From positions 3,038,001-3,102,000 of the forward strand of contig OZ176055.1 of NCBI GenBank assembly GCA_964247055.1: 64,000 bases of DNA, given 5' to 3'. Position 1 is the stretch's first letter. Each line of letters starts with the position of its first letter. Positions 1 through 29,457 of this stretch are shown piece after piece. The notes beneath the pieces are model-generated. The model searched no databases, was not told where the DNA came from, and saw nothing but the letters and a program-made list of their open reading frames with translations. Made by a program: the position numbers and the translations under genes. The stretch is from Paragordius varius. Its lineage: Eukaryota > Animalia > Nematomorpha.

Positions 1-29
1 TTTATTGAACCATATAAAAATAAAAAAGG

Positions 30-650
30 AGTTTCATGGAATTTTAATCAATATTAAAAGGGCGTTTGACAGTACAACACTGAGTACAATATGGTAGAGT
101 TTAAGACAAAAAAAATTTACATAAAAATAACACATGTACAGCTCTCACATATTGAACCAAGCCAGGGTGTCAGATCTTATTGAAATAAGTTAGCAATCAG
201 TCCGTTGCTTTTTATAATATTCATGGACGAAAGTAGGGAAACGTGGTGGCAGGTATTTGCTTTATGGGATGACCTAATAGCTTTCAACGAGTTGCATGAA
301 TTGAAAGATGTATAGATGTGTTACAACGGTGCGGTTTAAAAGTAAGAAAGAAAATGGAATTAGTAAATTTTGGTGGGAAAAACGAAAAATTTAAGTAAAG
401 GTTGGGAATCAAAAATCAGGAAAGGCAAATATTTAGGAACGATTTTAGCAGCAGATAGTTCTTTAACGCATGATATACAAATGTTAATAAATCGAAATTA
501 TTAGGCAAATCATAAAAAATCTGAAATGTTTGCGATAAAAATATTTATCTGAAGTCAAGGGTGAGATTTACAGTTGTGCAGCCAACAGTGATGTACAATT
601 CACAGACAAGGGCATTAAAAAAGTCAGAAAAGCAGTTTTTTTGGTCATCA
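30..650 (+). mobile_element. Decayed non-LTR (LINE, RTE-like) reverse transcriptase fragment
   Basis: Broken frames give RT motifs in the expected order: ILINIKRAFDS (41-73), LWDDLIAF (YADD-like), CGLKV, GKYLGTILA, FTVVQPTVMY, SEKQF. There are many stops and frameshifts. It resembles the relic at about 48200-48720. Confidence 0.55.
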
Positions 651-810
651 AAATGGAATGACTATCAAAATTTAAAAAATTAAATTAACATTTTATATCG
701 TATCTGATTGAAATGGAATTACTATGTTAATATTTTTGTATACATTTTTCTTTTAACACTTGGAGAGAATTACAGACATAATTATTTATGTAGATTGTTT
801 CAATCTAAAG

Positions 811-1766
811 CAGGGGCATCTAACAGCTGTTTCCGGTGCTACTTGTGGCTCTTTGAAAACTTTAAGTGACTATTTGAAAAAAAATTTCAATTTCGAGTGG
901 CGATGTAAAATTTTTAAACTTTAAAATAGTAAAAATTTTAAATTGATTTGCATATTTTATAATATTTTTTATTATTTTTCATGACATTCATTAAATCATT
1001 TGTGTTCTTTACAATCTGAAAATAGTTAAAATACTTGTAATCTAGGTGAACAAGCATTTCATTGTTAGTATAAGACGTCGGATTTTATTTTAATAAAATC
1101 ATAAAAGATTTATTAGCTAATGTAATATATTCATTAATATATTTTAAAATTGCATGATAACACCCGCAGGAATTTAAGTGGGGTTAAGTTGTTTCTGTGA
1201 AAAAAATCAATTTCTCGAATAGAATTCATGATATATTCTATTTTTGGTGTTTACGATATTAATACAATTTTACAGCAAATTTAGCAATATTATAATATTT
1301 TTACTAGTTTTTTTGTTATTTATATGAAAATTAACACATCTATATACTATATAATAATTTTATTTGATACTAATGTCTTGATATATATTAATTCAAATGC
1401 GGCTCTTCGGGTTTACTTCAATAATATAGGTATTGTCCTATTAAAAATAGGACTTTGGTTTTTAGTAACATGGCTCTTTAATATTAATTACCAAAAAAAG
1501 TTTACAAGAGGCAAGTATTCTGAAGATTTTCAGGTTGTAAAGGACACCAACGATTAAATGATGTGATGAAAAATAATAAAAATATTATAAAAAAAATTTA
1601 TGCAAATGTTGAAATCTTTACTTTTTAAATTTTTTTTTAAAAAATTTACGTCGCCACTCAAAAACTAAACTTTTAGCAAAAAATTTTGTTTTCAAATTTT
1701 TTTAAAGCCACTCAAAATTTTCAAAGAGCCACAAGTGACTCAGAAACCACCTGTTAGACACCCCTG
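811..1766. mobile_element. Non-autonomous hAT-like element (MITE) with long imperfect terminal inverted repeats
   Basis: The left end CAGGGGCATCTAACAG...TTGTGGCTCTTTGAAAA is mirrored by TTTTCAAAGAGCCACAAG...CTGTTAGACACCCCTG at the right end. The 8-bp flanks (ATCTAAAG / CCATAAAC) match only partly, suggesting an old insertion. Confidence 0.6.
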
Positions 1767-3863
1767 CCATAAACTATAGCATCCATATCCAATCACCGAT
1801 AACATAAAAAATGAGCCATATTATATATTTATGCTTAAACCGCGGTCTTCGGGTCGCATGAAGCCCTTTCGAACTGATTTTTTAAGGCCAAAGACTTTAT
1901 AAAAATATTAAAATTCAATCATGTAAGGTTACATTGCGGTACATGTTTCGGTTCACAACACAATATTATGTATGAATTTAGTGCCAATATGATGAAAAAC
2001 CTAAATCTCACCATTTTATTCTGTGACACTTGATTAATTATTTATATAAGGTTTAAGATTTTGGGGACGAGTTTTAATTCGAGATAAATATATAATTAAT
2101 AAAGGATCATTGAGATCGAAATATTCTATTGTTTTAATAAATTACTTTATTTTATACGAGTTACAAATCAGTTTATATTAATATATGTTTAAGAGTAAAG
2201 TGTTCTGCATTTATTTAATAAAAACTTTGAAAATCAGAACTAAAATGAAACCACTAAATTTTTAAGGAACCGACCCGGTTCTATTTTTGGATTCTTAAGA
2301 ACAGTCCGGTTTTAACCTGTCCAGAAACTACCTAGGTTCGTATTCCATTTTTTTGACCCGATTCGAAGTCCCAATAAATAATATTTTAAATGCCATTAAA
2401 ATGCAGAAGGTTCCATACATTATTATTTTCTGCCGAGCGGTCAATAAATATTTATGTTCACTTAATGAAATCATAAACGAAATCGTTTCATACCCATGTA
2501 TTACAGTCTCCGCAACTTTCGTTAATATTCCATGTTTTTGGTTACGAAACCGGTTTTGAAAAAAAAGCGCGCACAAGACAAATCTATCATAAATATTAGC
2601 CTATAAAATAAAAATATTTTATAGTTTTGGAAGGCAAGTGTTTTAAATAATTCCTCTAAAATATTATACAGAGGTATTATTATCGTGTGCTAGATTGATA
2701 TCTTTAACCTGACATAAAGAAAACATCTCAACAATTTTTTCATAAGCGTATATGACAAATCTTCCGCAACTAAAATGAAAATTTAGATAAATGTCCATAT
2801 AATAAATACCAATGACACTAATTACATATCAATTTAAAAGCGGTATAAACTAATAATTTAATTATTCAAGAAAATATTTTGCAACACATGAGATATCTAT
2901 ATATTGTAAGAGCAAAAAAATAAAAATATAGACAAATGTAATGTGCTTGGTTGGCAGAAATCAATATTTTTATATCCTTTAGTTTTGTATAATTATTACA
3001 ACAACAATGTTTTTAACCAATGGTCAATACTCTACATTACAAATAATTTTAGAGAGTTAATTATTTACATATTTTTATTATTAATATTATAAAAAACAAT
3101 AATTATGTGGTATATATGTTACATAAATTTTAAAATATCCAATGTATCTTTATGTACAATTTTGTTTTGATAATGATATTTGAATTCGAAGAGATTCCAA
3201 ACAAAAATCTGGACTCTAGAAAAAGATGTCTTTTTACCATCTTCCCTTATAGTATAATCCAACCACGTCTAAAAAATTGAGGTTAGATGGACCCCTTTTA
3301 TATTGTGTTTTTTCTCCCTTTTATGTAACAAAAAGAATCATGTCATCTATATTTAACAATTGATTTAGTTGTTTAGTTTTATTCTTAATGCAATCTGCTT
3401 TTTTGTGATAAAAAAAGCTGAAGTTACATTATTTATGATGATTATTATTTATATTGGAATCAATCCACTCTCACTCTGCCACCATCAAATCCATATAAAT
3501 AAATTATTCTTTCTTTTATCATGACTCCTTTGTGCTTATATACACACACACTTGTAATTAAAATATGGTTGACTTTTTTTCCTAGTTTTATTAGTTATTA
3601 CTTACTATAAAACAGGCAGGGATTTAGTTGAAAAAAATTATTCCAAAAACTACTATTTTTCATTTGATCATAATAATAATTGTTTTGGATCTATCATTTT
3701 TGTGATTTCCATTTAAACTTTCATATTAAAAATATAAAACACTCGCGCGCAACTTTTTTTTTATTTTTATTTATGTGCAACAATGTGATAAAGAAATATT
3801 CTGATATTTTTGCCTTTGGTTATTCTAAGATCTAATATTTGAAGATTATAGATTTCGTAACAT

Positions 3864-3894
<31 letters not shown>

Positions 3895-4498
3895 CATATT
3901 GTTTTATTACTTTAAATAAATAAAGGGATAAATACCGATTTGCGCCCCCTAATTTATTTTATAATCCATTTTATGGAGTGTTCATTCCCATATCATCGTT
4001 ACAATTTTTAATCATGGATTATTTGAAAAGATGGATGCTTATAAGAAGCTAGCATTATTTAAATAATGGGTTTTTTAACATTATTATTTTACGTCATGTG
4101 TTCATATAATAATGCATTTTCATGTTTGATCTAAACACCAAATTTTTTGCAATATCGTGAATTGATATACACACACAGAGAAAGCGGCCAATAACTCTTC
4201 GAAACTCAGAGATAAAATCTACCTCCATTTCTTTTGTTATCGGCATTTTTTCTGTAAAATTTTAATTTTTTTATCTTTAAAGTACGCATTCCCACACTAC
4301 ATCATACCATATACTATACTAAACTTTTTTTGCTAACCAAATTTTTTTGAAATGAAAAATTTAAAATAAATTAACTTCAGCACCAATGATTCTAACTCGG
4401 AAATTAAATTAAATTAATATAAAATTTTTCTATCACAGACGCTAGTTATACAATACAATTGAAAATTTCTAAATTCCGAAAAAAAAACTTTGCCAAAT

Positions 4499-19685
<15,187 letters not shown>

Positions 19686-19889
19686 ATATTGCATTGACCC
19701 TATCTATATATGGAGATTTTAAATTTATTTACATGATATTCACATATTATTTTAATAAATATTTGTATATAAAAACAATTTTAAAAGCTTAAAATACTAA
19801 CTTTAATGGATATTGAGGCTTTAGTTATTTAATAAAATAGGCTTGAAAATTCCATATGGGTGGAGATAAAAATTATGATTAAATACGTA

Positions 19890-22800
19890 TTCTTCCCCCT
19901 ATAGCAAAGCGTTCTGGGGTTTTCGCTGCCGTTGTGGATATCTGTGTTTAGGTGTGTCTATACTCGTTGTTGGACTTGCGTTTTTATTATGTGTGTTTAT
20001 GTCTATCGTCGTTGATTGTATGTCATGTTTGCCAAGATCTTGTGGATTAGAGGTAATTTCTTCTGAGGTAATTGATATTTCGGGTATTGGCGTGGTTATT
20101 CTCGGACCTTCCATTCTTTGTTTTAATTGATCAGCGTGTTTTCTGAGGACTCTGTTGGTTTCGTCCTTTACCATGTATGACAACGGACCCCTGCATTCTA
20201 GTATTTCCCCTGCCCTCCATCATTTTTCTATTTCATCCTTTATAAAAACCTTCTGCATTGAAACAAATTAGCGAGTCGGTTCTATTCATTATAGGTAAAC
20301 TCAGTTGTTTGCGATTTAAGCCATGAGACTGAACCATTTGGGTGTTTTTTCAGAAAGACCTTCGATGAGGTTTTCATAATACTGTGTGTGGAGTTTTGCT
20401 AGCCATATAATATTGTGTTGATTGCTTAGTGTGCATGCATTGTCTGAGTTTTGGTAGCTCTATATCTAAATTTTAAGGTTGGAATACATATTAAACCAAT
20501 CCATTGGACTTGGGATGATATGGACTCAAATATGTTTTATATTAAAATTATGTAAGGTATTTGTGAATTCATGGGATAATATGGGCCATTATGGGTAACC
20601 ATCTGTCTCGGGAAGCCAAATCTCGCCGTTTGTTTTTCTAGGCAATTCAATATTTGTTGTGATGTTATTGATTTTAGTAGATCCACCTCAACCCATCTGG
20701 AAGCACTATCTATCGTGACTAACCAAAAATAACCGTCTATGGGCTATGTCGATGTGAATTCTCTCCCACAACGCGGTGTTGAAATTCCATTTCCACGTTG
20801 GATTGTCCTTTATATTAGACTTGTTCTTTGACACGGTTTACATGCTTCTAAAAAGTTTTTAAATCTCTTTCTAAGTTTGGCCAATATATGGATTGTCTTG
20901 CTTGTTGTTTAATCGATTCCACTCCGTTCTGTTCAGTATGTAAGAATTTCATTACGTCCCGCTAAGGATGTGGGTATTAATCTATCATTTACAAATAAAA
21001 GATTATAGTATATTTGAATTTCTTTTTTTACTTTAAGGAATTCTTTGATATTTGAATCACTCCAAGCATTTGTTTTTATTGCTGTTTCAAGTTTGTTTGC
21101 CAGTGGATCCAACATTATATCATTTTCTACTAACTCTTTACTTAAATTTATTCATAGTTAAAAATGTTACCGTGTGTGATACATCATCATATTCTATTCA
21201 CACATTCATGGTATTATCATTATTTGGTAATCTGGATAGAGCGTCCGCTAAATTGTTTTGCCCTTTCATAAATTCAATTTCATAATCGTATCCCGATGTT
21301 TCATAAATCCATCTTAGTAGTTTAGTAATATCAACATTTTGTAAATTTTGAGTTCGACCAAATAGCCCAATTAGTGGTTTATGGTCGGTTATAATTTTAA
21401 ATTTTCTGCCATATATAAATGGTTTAAATTTTTCTATAGCAAACGCGAAAGCCTTTGCTTATTTCTCTTTTGTTGAATAATTGATTTTGGCGTCTACATT
21501 TGCGTGAGGTGTATGATATGGGAATTTCCTTCAGGGGTATGCAGTAAAATCGCTCCAAATCCTTTGTTAGATGCATCTGTTTCTATTTGTATCGGCCAAT
21601 ATGCGTTATACGGTATTAATGTATTGTAATTTATCATTAGTTGTTTTGCGGATCGGAACTCCACTTCCTCTACATCGGTCCAGGCCCATGATCTAGTTGA
21701 ACCTGTGTTTCTGTCATGGTTGCAAATCGCTTGATGGAGATTTGGTATAAATCTTTCGTGAAGGTTTAGCAGTCCTAATAATGATCTCAGTTATGTCTTA
21801 TTGGTAGGTCTCGGACTTTGGATCAAAGCTTGAATTTTGTCATTGGTGCGACGAATTCTATTCTTTAAAATTTTATATCCGATATAATTGACAGATGAAA
21901 CGGCGTTGCAATTTGTCTGTGCTCAGTTTCAACCCTGCAGCTTCCAATCGTTGCAATACCCTGGTCAATGTTGCATCATGTTCGGTTCTTGTTTTTCCTG
22001 ATATTAATATGTCATCTAAATAAATACATATACCTGGTATATGAACAATCAAATTATTCATGATTCGTTGAAATATATGAGGGGCAGTAATTAACCCAAA
22101 TGGAAGTCGTAGGTACCAAAAAACCTTGATGGGTAGTTATGGTCAATAGTGGTTGTAATGATTGTTGTATTGGAATTTGTAGGTAAGCATCTTTCAGATC
22201 TAGTGATGTAAAAACCGTCCATTGAGCTGTTTTTGTGATTAGTTCATCAAAGGTTGGAATTACGTGGGAACGGGTAGCAAATGAGAATTAATGCTGATTC
22301 GGAAATCCGCACGTATCCTTATTTAACCATTTGGTTTTAATATATTTACCGTTGGTGTTCCCAATTTATACGCTCCATATTTGGGTCGATTTTTCTCAGG
22401 ATACCTAGGTCTATCGATCTATCATGTTCCTTTTCCACACGTTCTTGCAGGGGTATATTTTGGGGGTTACATTATTTTTTATTGCGATTCATACCTCCAT
22501 ATTCTTTAGACAACCTAACCCGTCCGAGAACAGCCTATTATGCTAATTATGTATTGATTTATTAATTATCCATTATTAGGTAAATTTAAATCAACAATTG
22601 AATTTGTAACTAAGCGAACACCTTGCTTGGTATGACAGTACTTGGCAAAAAGATTGTATTTACCACACTTGTAGCAACGTTGACCATTTGTATCACATCT
22701 ATCGATCGAATGTCGCTTGCCACATCCTTGACAATCTTGTTGCGTGATACTTTCTTGTTGGGTCTTAAACATTCTTGGTTCAATCCACTCGAGGAATCTT

Positions 22801-23189
22801 GCCATATCTATTATCATCTGTCATGACACTGGTTCGCTTTCATGACTTTAAGGGAATCTGATTAATTCTCTTTCTAAGATTGGCATATATATTCCTATTA
22901 AGAAAACATCTCTTAATAGGTATGCTATATTGCCTTCAAAATCACAATCGTCAACGATCATTTTTAGTCTTTCAATGTCTTTAATTTTGGTTGGGAATGC
23001 TTGATTTTCCTGTTTCGAGATTGTCCTGAGTCCTGCAACGCAAGAAATAAGTTTTTTAATATTCATCATTTGGACTAATGTTTTTAGCGATTGCAATACG
23101 ATTCACTTGCTTTATTGTTTAAAATTAGTGTTTGGATCGTATTCATTAATACAGATTTTGGAAATTTTACTATTTCTACGGTACCATTG
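19890..23189 (-). mobile_element. Decayed Mag-like Ty3/gypsy retrotransposon (gag-pol relic)
   Basis: Minus-strand fragments in gag-pol order: gag (22848-23096), twin CCHC knuckles CQGCGKRH...CYKCGK (22566-22817), RT YLDDILISG (21873-22061), RNase H/integrase remnants, and a C-terminus RKHADQLK...RYPQRQRKP (19899-20183) followed by the PPT AGGGGGAAGAA. A PBS-like CA-A-TGGTACCGTAG lies at 23189-23176. Many stops and frameshifts; no LTR pair found. Confidence 0.9.
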
Positions 23190-24549
23190 AAATAGTTTAA
23201 ATATTATTAAAATATTATTTATTAGATCATATTGAGTTCATATTATAATTGATTGCTTTGCTACAGGTGTATTTATATATCTCAGAGAGGATACTTAGAA
23301 TACTATTTGTATTAAATATAATGTCCATAAAGTTCATACAAATTATCCATATAAATAAAAATAATTTAACTAAGTTATAAACGATTAACATGTATCATCT
23401 TAAAATAGATTAAGAATTCGATAAAGGTAGATAAATATTTTGCTCGTTTTAAAATTTAATTATAGATAATTGTGAAATGATAAATAAATATTTTTTAAAA
23501 CCTTAATATTTGCAAATTCGTATGATATTTAAAACATAGCTGAAATAAACGCTAGATCTGGTATACGCAATGAATGAAGATATATAAATGTTGCATTGTT
23601 AGTTGGAATCGACCTTACAACAACAACGATTAAATAGCTCTATTAAATTATTACCCTGATGTTTTTTATTGCTTATATCCAACTTAAAACCAAAATTTCT
23701 TGATAAATTCAAACCTAAAATATTGATTTACGGTTTGTGCCTTAAAATAGAGCTCTCTTACTTCGGCCATATCACCAGTGTCAAAAGCTTGGAGTAAGCT
23801 CATATCGGGAAAAGTTGGTTATAGAAATGCTGTAGATGCAATATGCGTTGGGTTGATAATTTAAATAAAGAACCCAAGTTAACAATGCAACAGTTGATAT
23901 TCATCACACCACACATAAGCTGAAGAAATTATTCCAAAATAGCGACAAATCGACTCCGATCTAAAACAGTAAATCCAAATACCACACAATTTAATTTCTC
24001 AAAAAGGAATTAAAATTTTTATGAATAAAAAATAGAATATATATTTATTTTCATACAATTAAAAATACCAAATATTATACTTTTTTGCGTAAGTTTATAC
24101 TAAGGAGATATTATACAGGTCAAATATTTATAGTAAGCGTTAAATTTTAAAATTAGAATTTAATAGATATAATATTATTATACGAAATTTTTATTTTTGT
24201 GTTATCCTCTCAATATTATGTAATTCGCTGCTTCAATAGATTGATTTGATTAGGCATGTCATACTTATCCCAAAGAAGATCGATGATAGGATACATTACA
24301 ATTTTCGTAATATCACTGTGTGCAAAAAAGAGGGTTATTTGTTAACCATAAACTTTTTTTCATGAGATAGCTTATGACCAGAGAATTGATTTGCCATAAA
24401 AAATTTAATTTGTTTACGACCTAGTTTTTGTAATAATGAGAGTCAAAATTGAGCATAAAGTGAAAATTAAGGACAATAAAGAATAATTCAAAAAATAATG
24501 ATAAAACTTTAGATATTATAATTTATTATCATTTTAACGGATATTTTCA

Positions 24550-24552
<3 letters not shown>

Positions 24553-24596
<44 letters not shown>
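24553..24596. repeat. (TA)n microsatellite
   Basis: Uninterrupted TA run. Similar runs occur at about 3866-3891, 16372-16392, 25737-25761 and 58766-58794. Confidence 0.9.
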
Positions 24597-24599
<3 letters not shown>

Positions 24600-26853
24600 T
24601 AAAATCATATAGTTAGGGTTTTTATTAAAATTCAGACTAAAAAATCGCCTTTTTTAACATCTTAAAAAAGACAAAAAAATTTTTATGAAATTATATTAAA
24701 ATATTTTTTTTAATAATTTACTGGATAAGCTCACTAGTAAAAGCTTAGCATTCATATTTTATTCAGTAAAAAAACCTATATTAATGTGACCAGATAGGCT
24801 GTTTTTCGCAGTACAGTACTGGGTTTTCAGAAAAAAACTGCGACTGTACTGCGCCCACTTTTGTACTGCTTTTTAAAATTAAAAAAAAATTAATTTTTTT
24901 TAAATATATTTTAATTACCTTTTGTTTTTTAAAAAAATTATTTTAGAATTTAATATAATACCCTCTGTAAAAATAACCCCATAATTTGTAAAAAAAATGG
25001 TTTATTTTGCGGTAAAAAACTAAGATTAGACTATTTTAAATTGGTTGATATTTTATTTTTTGCTCGACATGAAACTTGGGATTTCAGCTTTTCGCGCAGT
25101 GGCGAAACTATAAGCTCGGACTTCACACCGTTAGATTTAGGCTAATGGCTCTTTCACTCAGGGCTTCCGGAAAAAGAGGTGCCTCAAAATTTAAAATAAA
25201 TAAAATTAATTTATGATATTTTAATAAATGTTTGACCAGGTTTAGAAAGTTCATTTTTTGTTATAATTATTGTACGGAAAATTGTAAAAATTGTTATTCC
25301 CGTAAAGTATTATTTAGAATTTATTATATATTTGGCAATGATTTCGAATTATTTTTCGCAATAAAAAATTAAGAGTTTTTTACGTTTTCTATACTCATTA
25401 GGCGGGAGGTATATTATTTTTTAATTTTTTTTAAACTTTAATTTTTATTAGTTTTCTTATTTTTTTGCACAAACAAATTTGAGATATTTAGTTGAAGCGT
25501 ACTACAAACTATTTTGAATCATGATGAAAACGGTATAACGCTTAGATATAATAAAACTTCTAAATACAATGATGTTTACACATTACTATAGGTTAAGAAT
25601 TTTAATTCAAAGGTTTGTTTTTTGCAAAGTTTGGTAAATTTTGTAAAAATTACAATTTTATTTAACATAAATTTCAAATCGAACGAATATTTTAATCAAA
25701 ATTCTGAGTGAGAAAAATATTTAGCATTATCGAATTATATATATATATATATATATATATAGTTTTATAACATCTCAACCGTTTATATCGTTTCCATCAT
25801 GCTGAAAATAATATGAGTATGCTTCAACAAAATTTTGCTAAAAATTAAATTTTTAAAAGCATACATTTTTTTAAAATATATTAAATTGATATCAAAATTA
25901 AGTATATATAAATTATTGCACAATGTCGGAATTTTTGTGTTTATTTTACAGTCCATTTTAAAAGAGCCAAAAAATTTGGGACTTTCAGAGCCCACATCTA
26001 ATAATTTAAAATTTTTAAAAATATTGTTTTGCTTTTTAATGTAGTTTATATATTTTAGTGATATTTTTTGTAATAAAGCATTGAAAAAATTGCGCCTTTG
26101 CACTTTTATGCGGAGCACTTACCACAAAAGTGTAATTAACTTTCTTTAATAACTCGTAAAGGTTAGAACCAAAAGCACCATAAATCCTGATATTTTCCTA
26201 TCAGAATATATATATTTGATCTGGGTATTTTTTTGTGGAAACTGTGTGATATACGACCACACCGATGGTTAATAACATGTAAAGTACTGCGTCAAAGTTC
26301 AAAATATATGGTCACATTAACCTATATATCAAAATAAAACTAAAATAATATTGTTTTTTATTTTTTTCATTTTGTTGTCATCTGGTATATTAGGTGTTTA
26401 AAAAATTTACTGTTTTATTTTGGAATCTTTAAATATATTAATTAATACAAAATATAATTTACAAGTAGTCGAAAATCAACCGAAAATCCGTACATATCCC
26501 AGTAAAAATATTAATTTTGTTAAAACTCTCGATTTTTCGCGGGCCACGTGTTGGTCACCCCTGCTAATTAATTGTACTATTAATATAATTTTTAAGACTT
26601 TAATAAATTTGAATATGCCTTTTCGCTACCGAAAAGCTAACATTACACTTGTTTTATGCTAAATAAAATTTGCTTTGCAAAAGTTTAACCTAAAAAAACA
26701 GTGAAATTATCTAAATTATACATAAATTCTAATACAATTTAACTTTGATTCAAATTGGGGTAAAAACCATATATTCATAAGGTTAAAAAGTACTGAAAGC
26801 GACGCTTCCATTCAAATTGCATCCATTCTAATAAAATTTATAAATAAGCCAAA

Positions 26854-27430
26854 TTAACACTTCGATTCAAATTGGGGTATCTAAACAGACAATATTAAAA
26901 TAAAATTTTTTAAAAACTAATGAAAGAAACGGTCCAAAATTAAATTTATGCTTTTATCCTAATAAAAATTATATAAATAAGCCGAAATATCCTAATAAAA
27001 TTTGATTTTGAAAAAAAGTTTATCAAACTACTTGGACGCCATTTTCATTTTACAACTTTTTTGCAAAATATCGTGTTTATTTGATTTTAAAGCAAAAATA
27101 AAAGCTAATTTCTAATTTATATCACCTCTAACATTGATAGAAACAGAAAAATGGGTTTATTTTGCTTTATTTTTTAATTTAGCTTGTGCACACATGTTAT
27201 GTTGACTAAATTATTACCTTGAGGTTTTACCTAAAAATAAGTAATATCAAGTATTTTCGAATGAAATTTTTTATATATTTTGATTCATTAATGTTATAAA
27301 AGTGCAAATTTTTGCCATGGTTTCAATCCATTCAATATTTTTTGAATTATTTAATTTTAAACAGTCCTGTATCCAACTACCCCAATTTGAATCGAAGGAC
27401 TAAAATGGATGTGTTTAATCCAAGTGTTAA
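26854..27430 (-). mobile_element. TTAA-flanked (piggyBac-like) MITE, copy 1
   Basis: TTAA-CACTTCGAT ... ATCCAAGTG-TTAA. The interior is reverse-complement homologous to 33810-34393 and 36105-36645. Confidence 0.75.
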
Positions 27431-27990
27431 ATAACATATAGCTTTGGAAAGCTTCTAATAGAAATACTTCGACGCCATTATTATTTCATACACATAACTG
27501 GAAAATATTGTGTTCGTTATTCTAAGGCTAAAATTAATGTAAATGTTTTATTAAATCACATCTAACAAAAATATAAAAAAAGGCGTTTATTTTGCATCAT
27601 TTAAATATTTAGCAATTTAATGTCATGTCGGCTATATTTCTACTTTTTGCTTATAAAATAATAGCAAGTAGTTATGAAAAAAAAATTTTATTTCGATTTA
27701 TCATTGTTATATAATTATAAACTTTTGCAATGGTTTCAATTTATCATGTTTATTGTATTATTTGATTTAAACAAGCATGGGGTCACCAACGACCTAAATT
27801 TTAATCGAGAGATGAATGGGTTACATCCTAGTGTTAACCAAATAGCCACAAAAAACATATATTTTTTAAAAATATATTAAAATATTTTCAAAGCGTTTGT
27901 GTTTTATATTTTTAATACTAGCGTATTAAATATGATTTTATCGGAATTTTAAAACGGTGCATTCATACTAATATATTGTTTACTTGGGGA

Positions 27991-28910
27991 AAAATAGATT
28001 TAAAAAATTATTTTTGTGGATTTTGTGTTTTGAAAAAAATGGCATTTTACGGGGGGAACGGGTAAAAAGAGGGCCTAAATCAAAAAAGCGAGACGACTAT
28101 GTTCAGCGCAATCGAAAATAAGTAAACAAAAATCATATTTGAAATTGAATGGTCCAACACGTTCTCCGGAAAATTGTCTCAAAGACACGATTTTTGTGGA
28201 CTTCTGTTTTCAAAAAAACCCGTTTTTCATACGGGGTGGGCCCGAACTGGGGGCCTATTTCAAAAAAGGGCAAAGCTATTGTCGGGGCATTCATTGATTA
28301 TATTTTTTCGATGTTTGGATTTGATTGGGTTCACCGGTTTTCCGGAAACAGATCATAAAGTTACATGAAAAATCAGTTTTTAGCGGGTAGCTCCTTACCC
28401 AACAGCTATCATCATAGAAACGCTTGACTAAAATTTTTGCCTTTTAACAGGGAATACGTGGAATCCTTATTGAATTTTTACGGTCTCATACCTAGGGCGA
28501 AACATAGATTTAAAAAATTATTTTTGTGGACTTTGTTTTTTGTAAAAAATCGCATTTTACGGGGGGGAGCGGGTAAAAAGAGGGCCTAAATCAAAAAAGC
28601 GAGACGACTATTTTCAGCGCAATCGAAAATAAGTAAACAAAATTCTATTTATAATTGAATGGTCCAACACGTTCTCCGGAAACTTGTCTCAAAGACACGA
28701 TTTTTGTGGACTTCTGTTTTCAAAAAAACCCGTTTTTCATACGGGGTGGGCCCGAACTGGGGGCCTATTTCAAAAAAAGGGCGAAGCTATTGTCGGGACA
28801 TTTATTAATGATTATATTTTTTTTGATATTTGGATTTGATTGGGTCTACCGGTTTTCCTGTATCAGATCACAAAGAGGGCATTTTTTATTTTTATAAATA
28901 TATAGATTAC
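27991..28910 (+). repeat. Tandem duplication of a GC-richer unit of about 510 bp
   Basis: Units start ATAGATTTAAAAAATTATTTTTGTGGA at about 27993 and about 28504 and are highly similar. The ORFs at 28149, 28174 and 28655 are by-products of the repeat. Confidence 0.9.
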
Positions 28911-29457
28911 AGATTATTCTTTATTCGTATTAAAATGATTCATCGTTTCTAATATCAAAACTAGTAATTTTGTGATTTATTTTTGATTTATTATGTAAAT
29001 ATATATTAATTATTTTACAAAAGGTTCAAATTATTACATATTTAAATTATAATATGGAATAATACAAACACATTTAACCTGAGGTTTCTAATAACGGTTC
29101 CGGTTTCATTTTTTGATTAAAAGCGAATAATTTTAATTCTTATTCGCATATCATTATTTATGGCAAACATAAAGATTTGAGGTGATAAAATGTAATGCAA
29201 TATTAGATTAGCAATGAAAAAAAATCGAATCGTTACAAACGATGTTTATATTGAAAGAATGTTTTGATGGTTTGGCACTGGCAATCGGTATATTTTGTGC
29301 GTCGGCCAATTTAAATGGTTTTCGTCAAAAAGGACATTTACAATTGTAACTTAACTAAATTTTTGACATGTGTCAAATATGACAATAGGATAATTTTTTT
29401 AAGAAATATCTTAATACAATTTATTTTTGATTATACGATATTAAAATAAAATCACTA

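Noticed and set aside
23190-23400. Putative 5' LTR of the decayed gypsy element
   Set aside because: The CA end and PBS are plausible, but there is no matching sequence after the PPT at 19890, so an LTR cannot be delimited.
23700-24000. Moderately GC-rich segment that looks exon-like
   Set aside because: The frames I checked on both strands hit stops within a short distance, and I recognised no motif.
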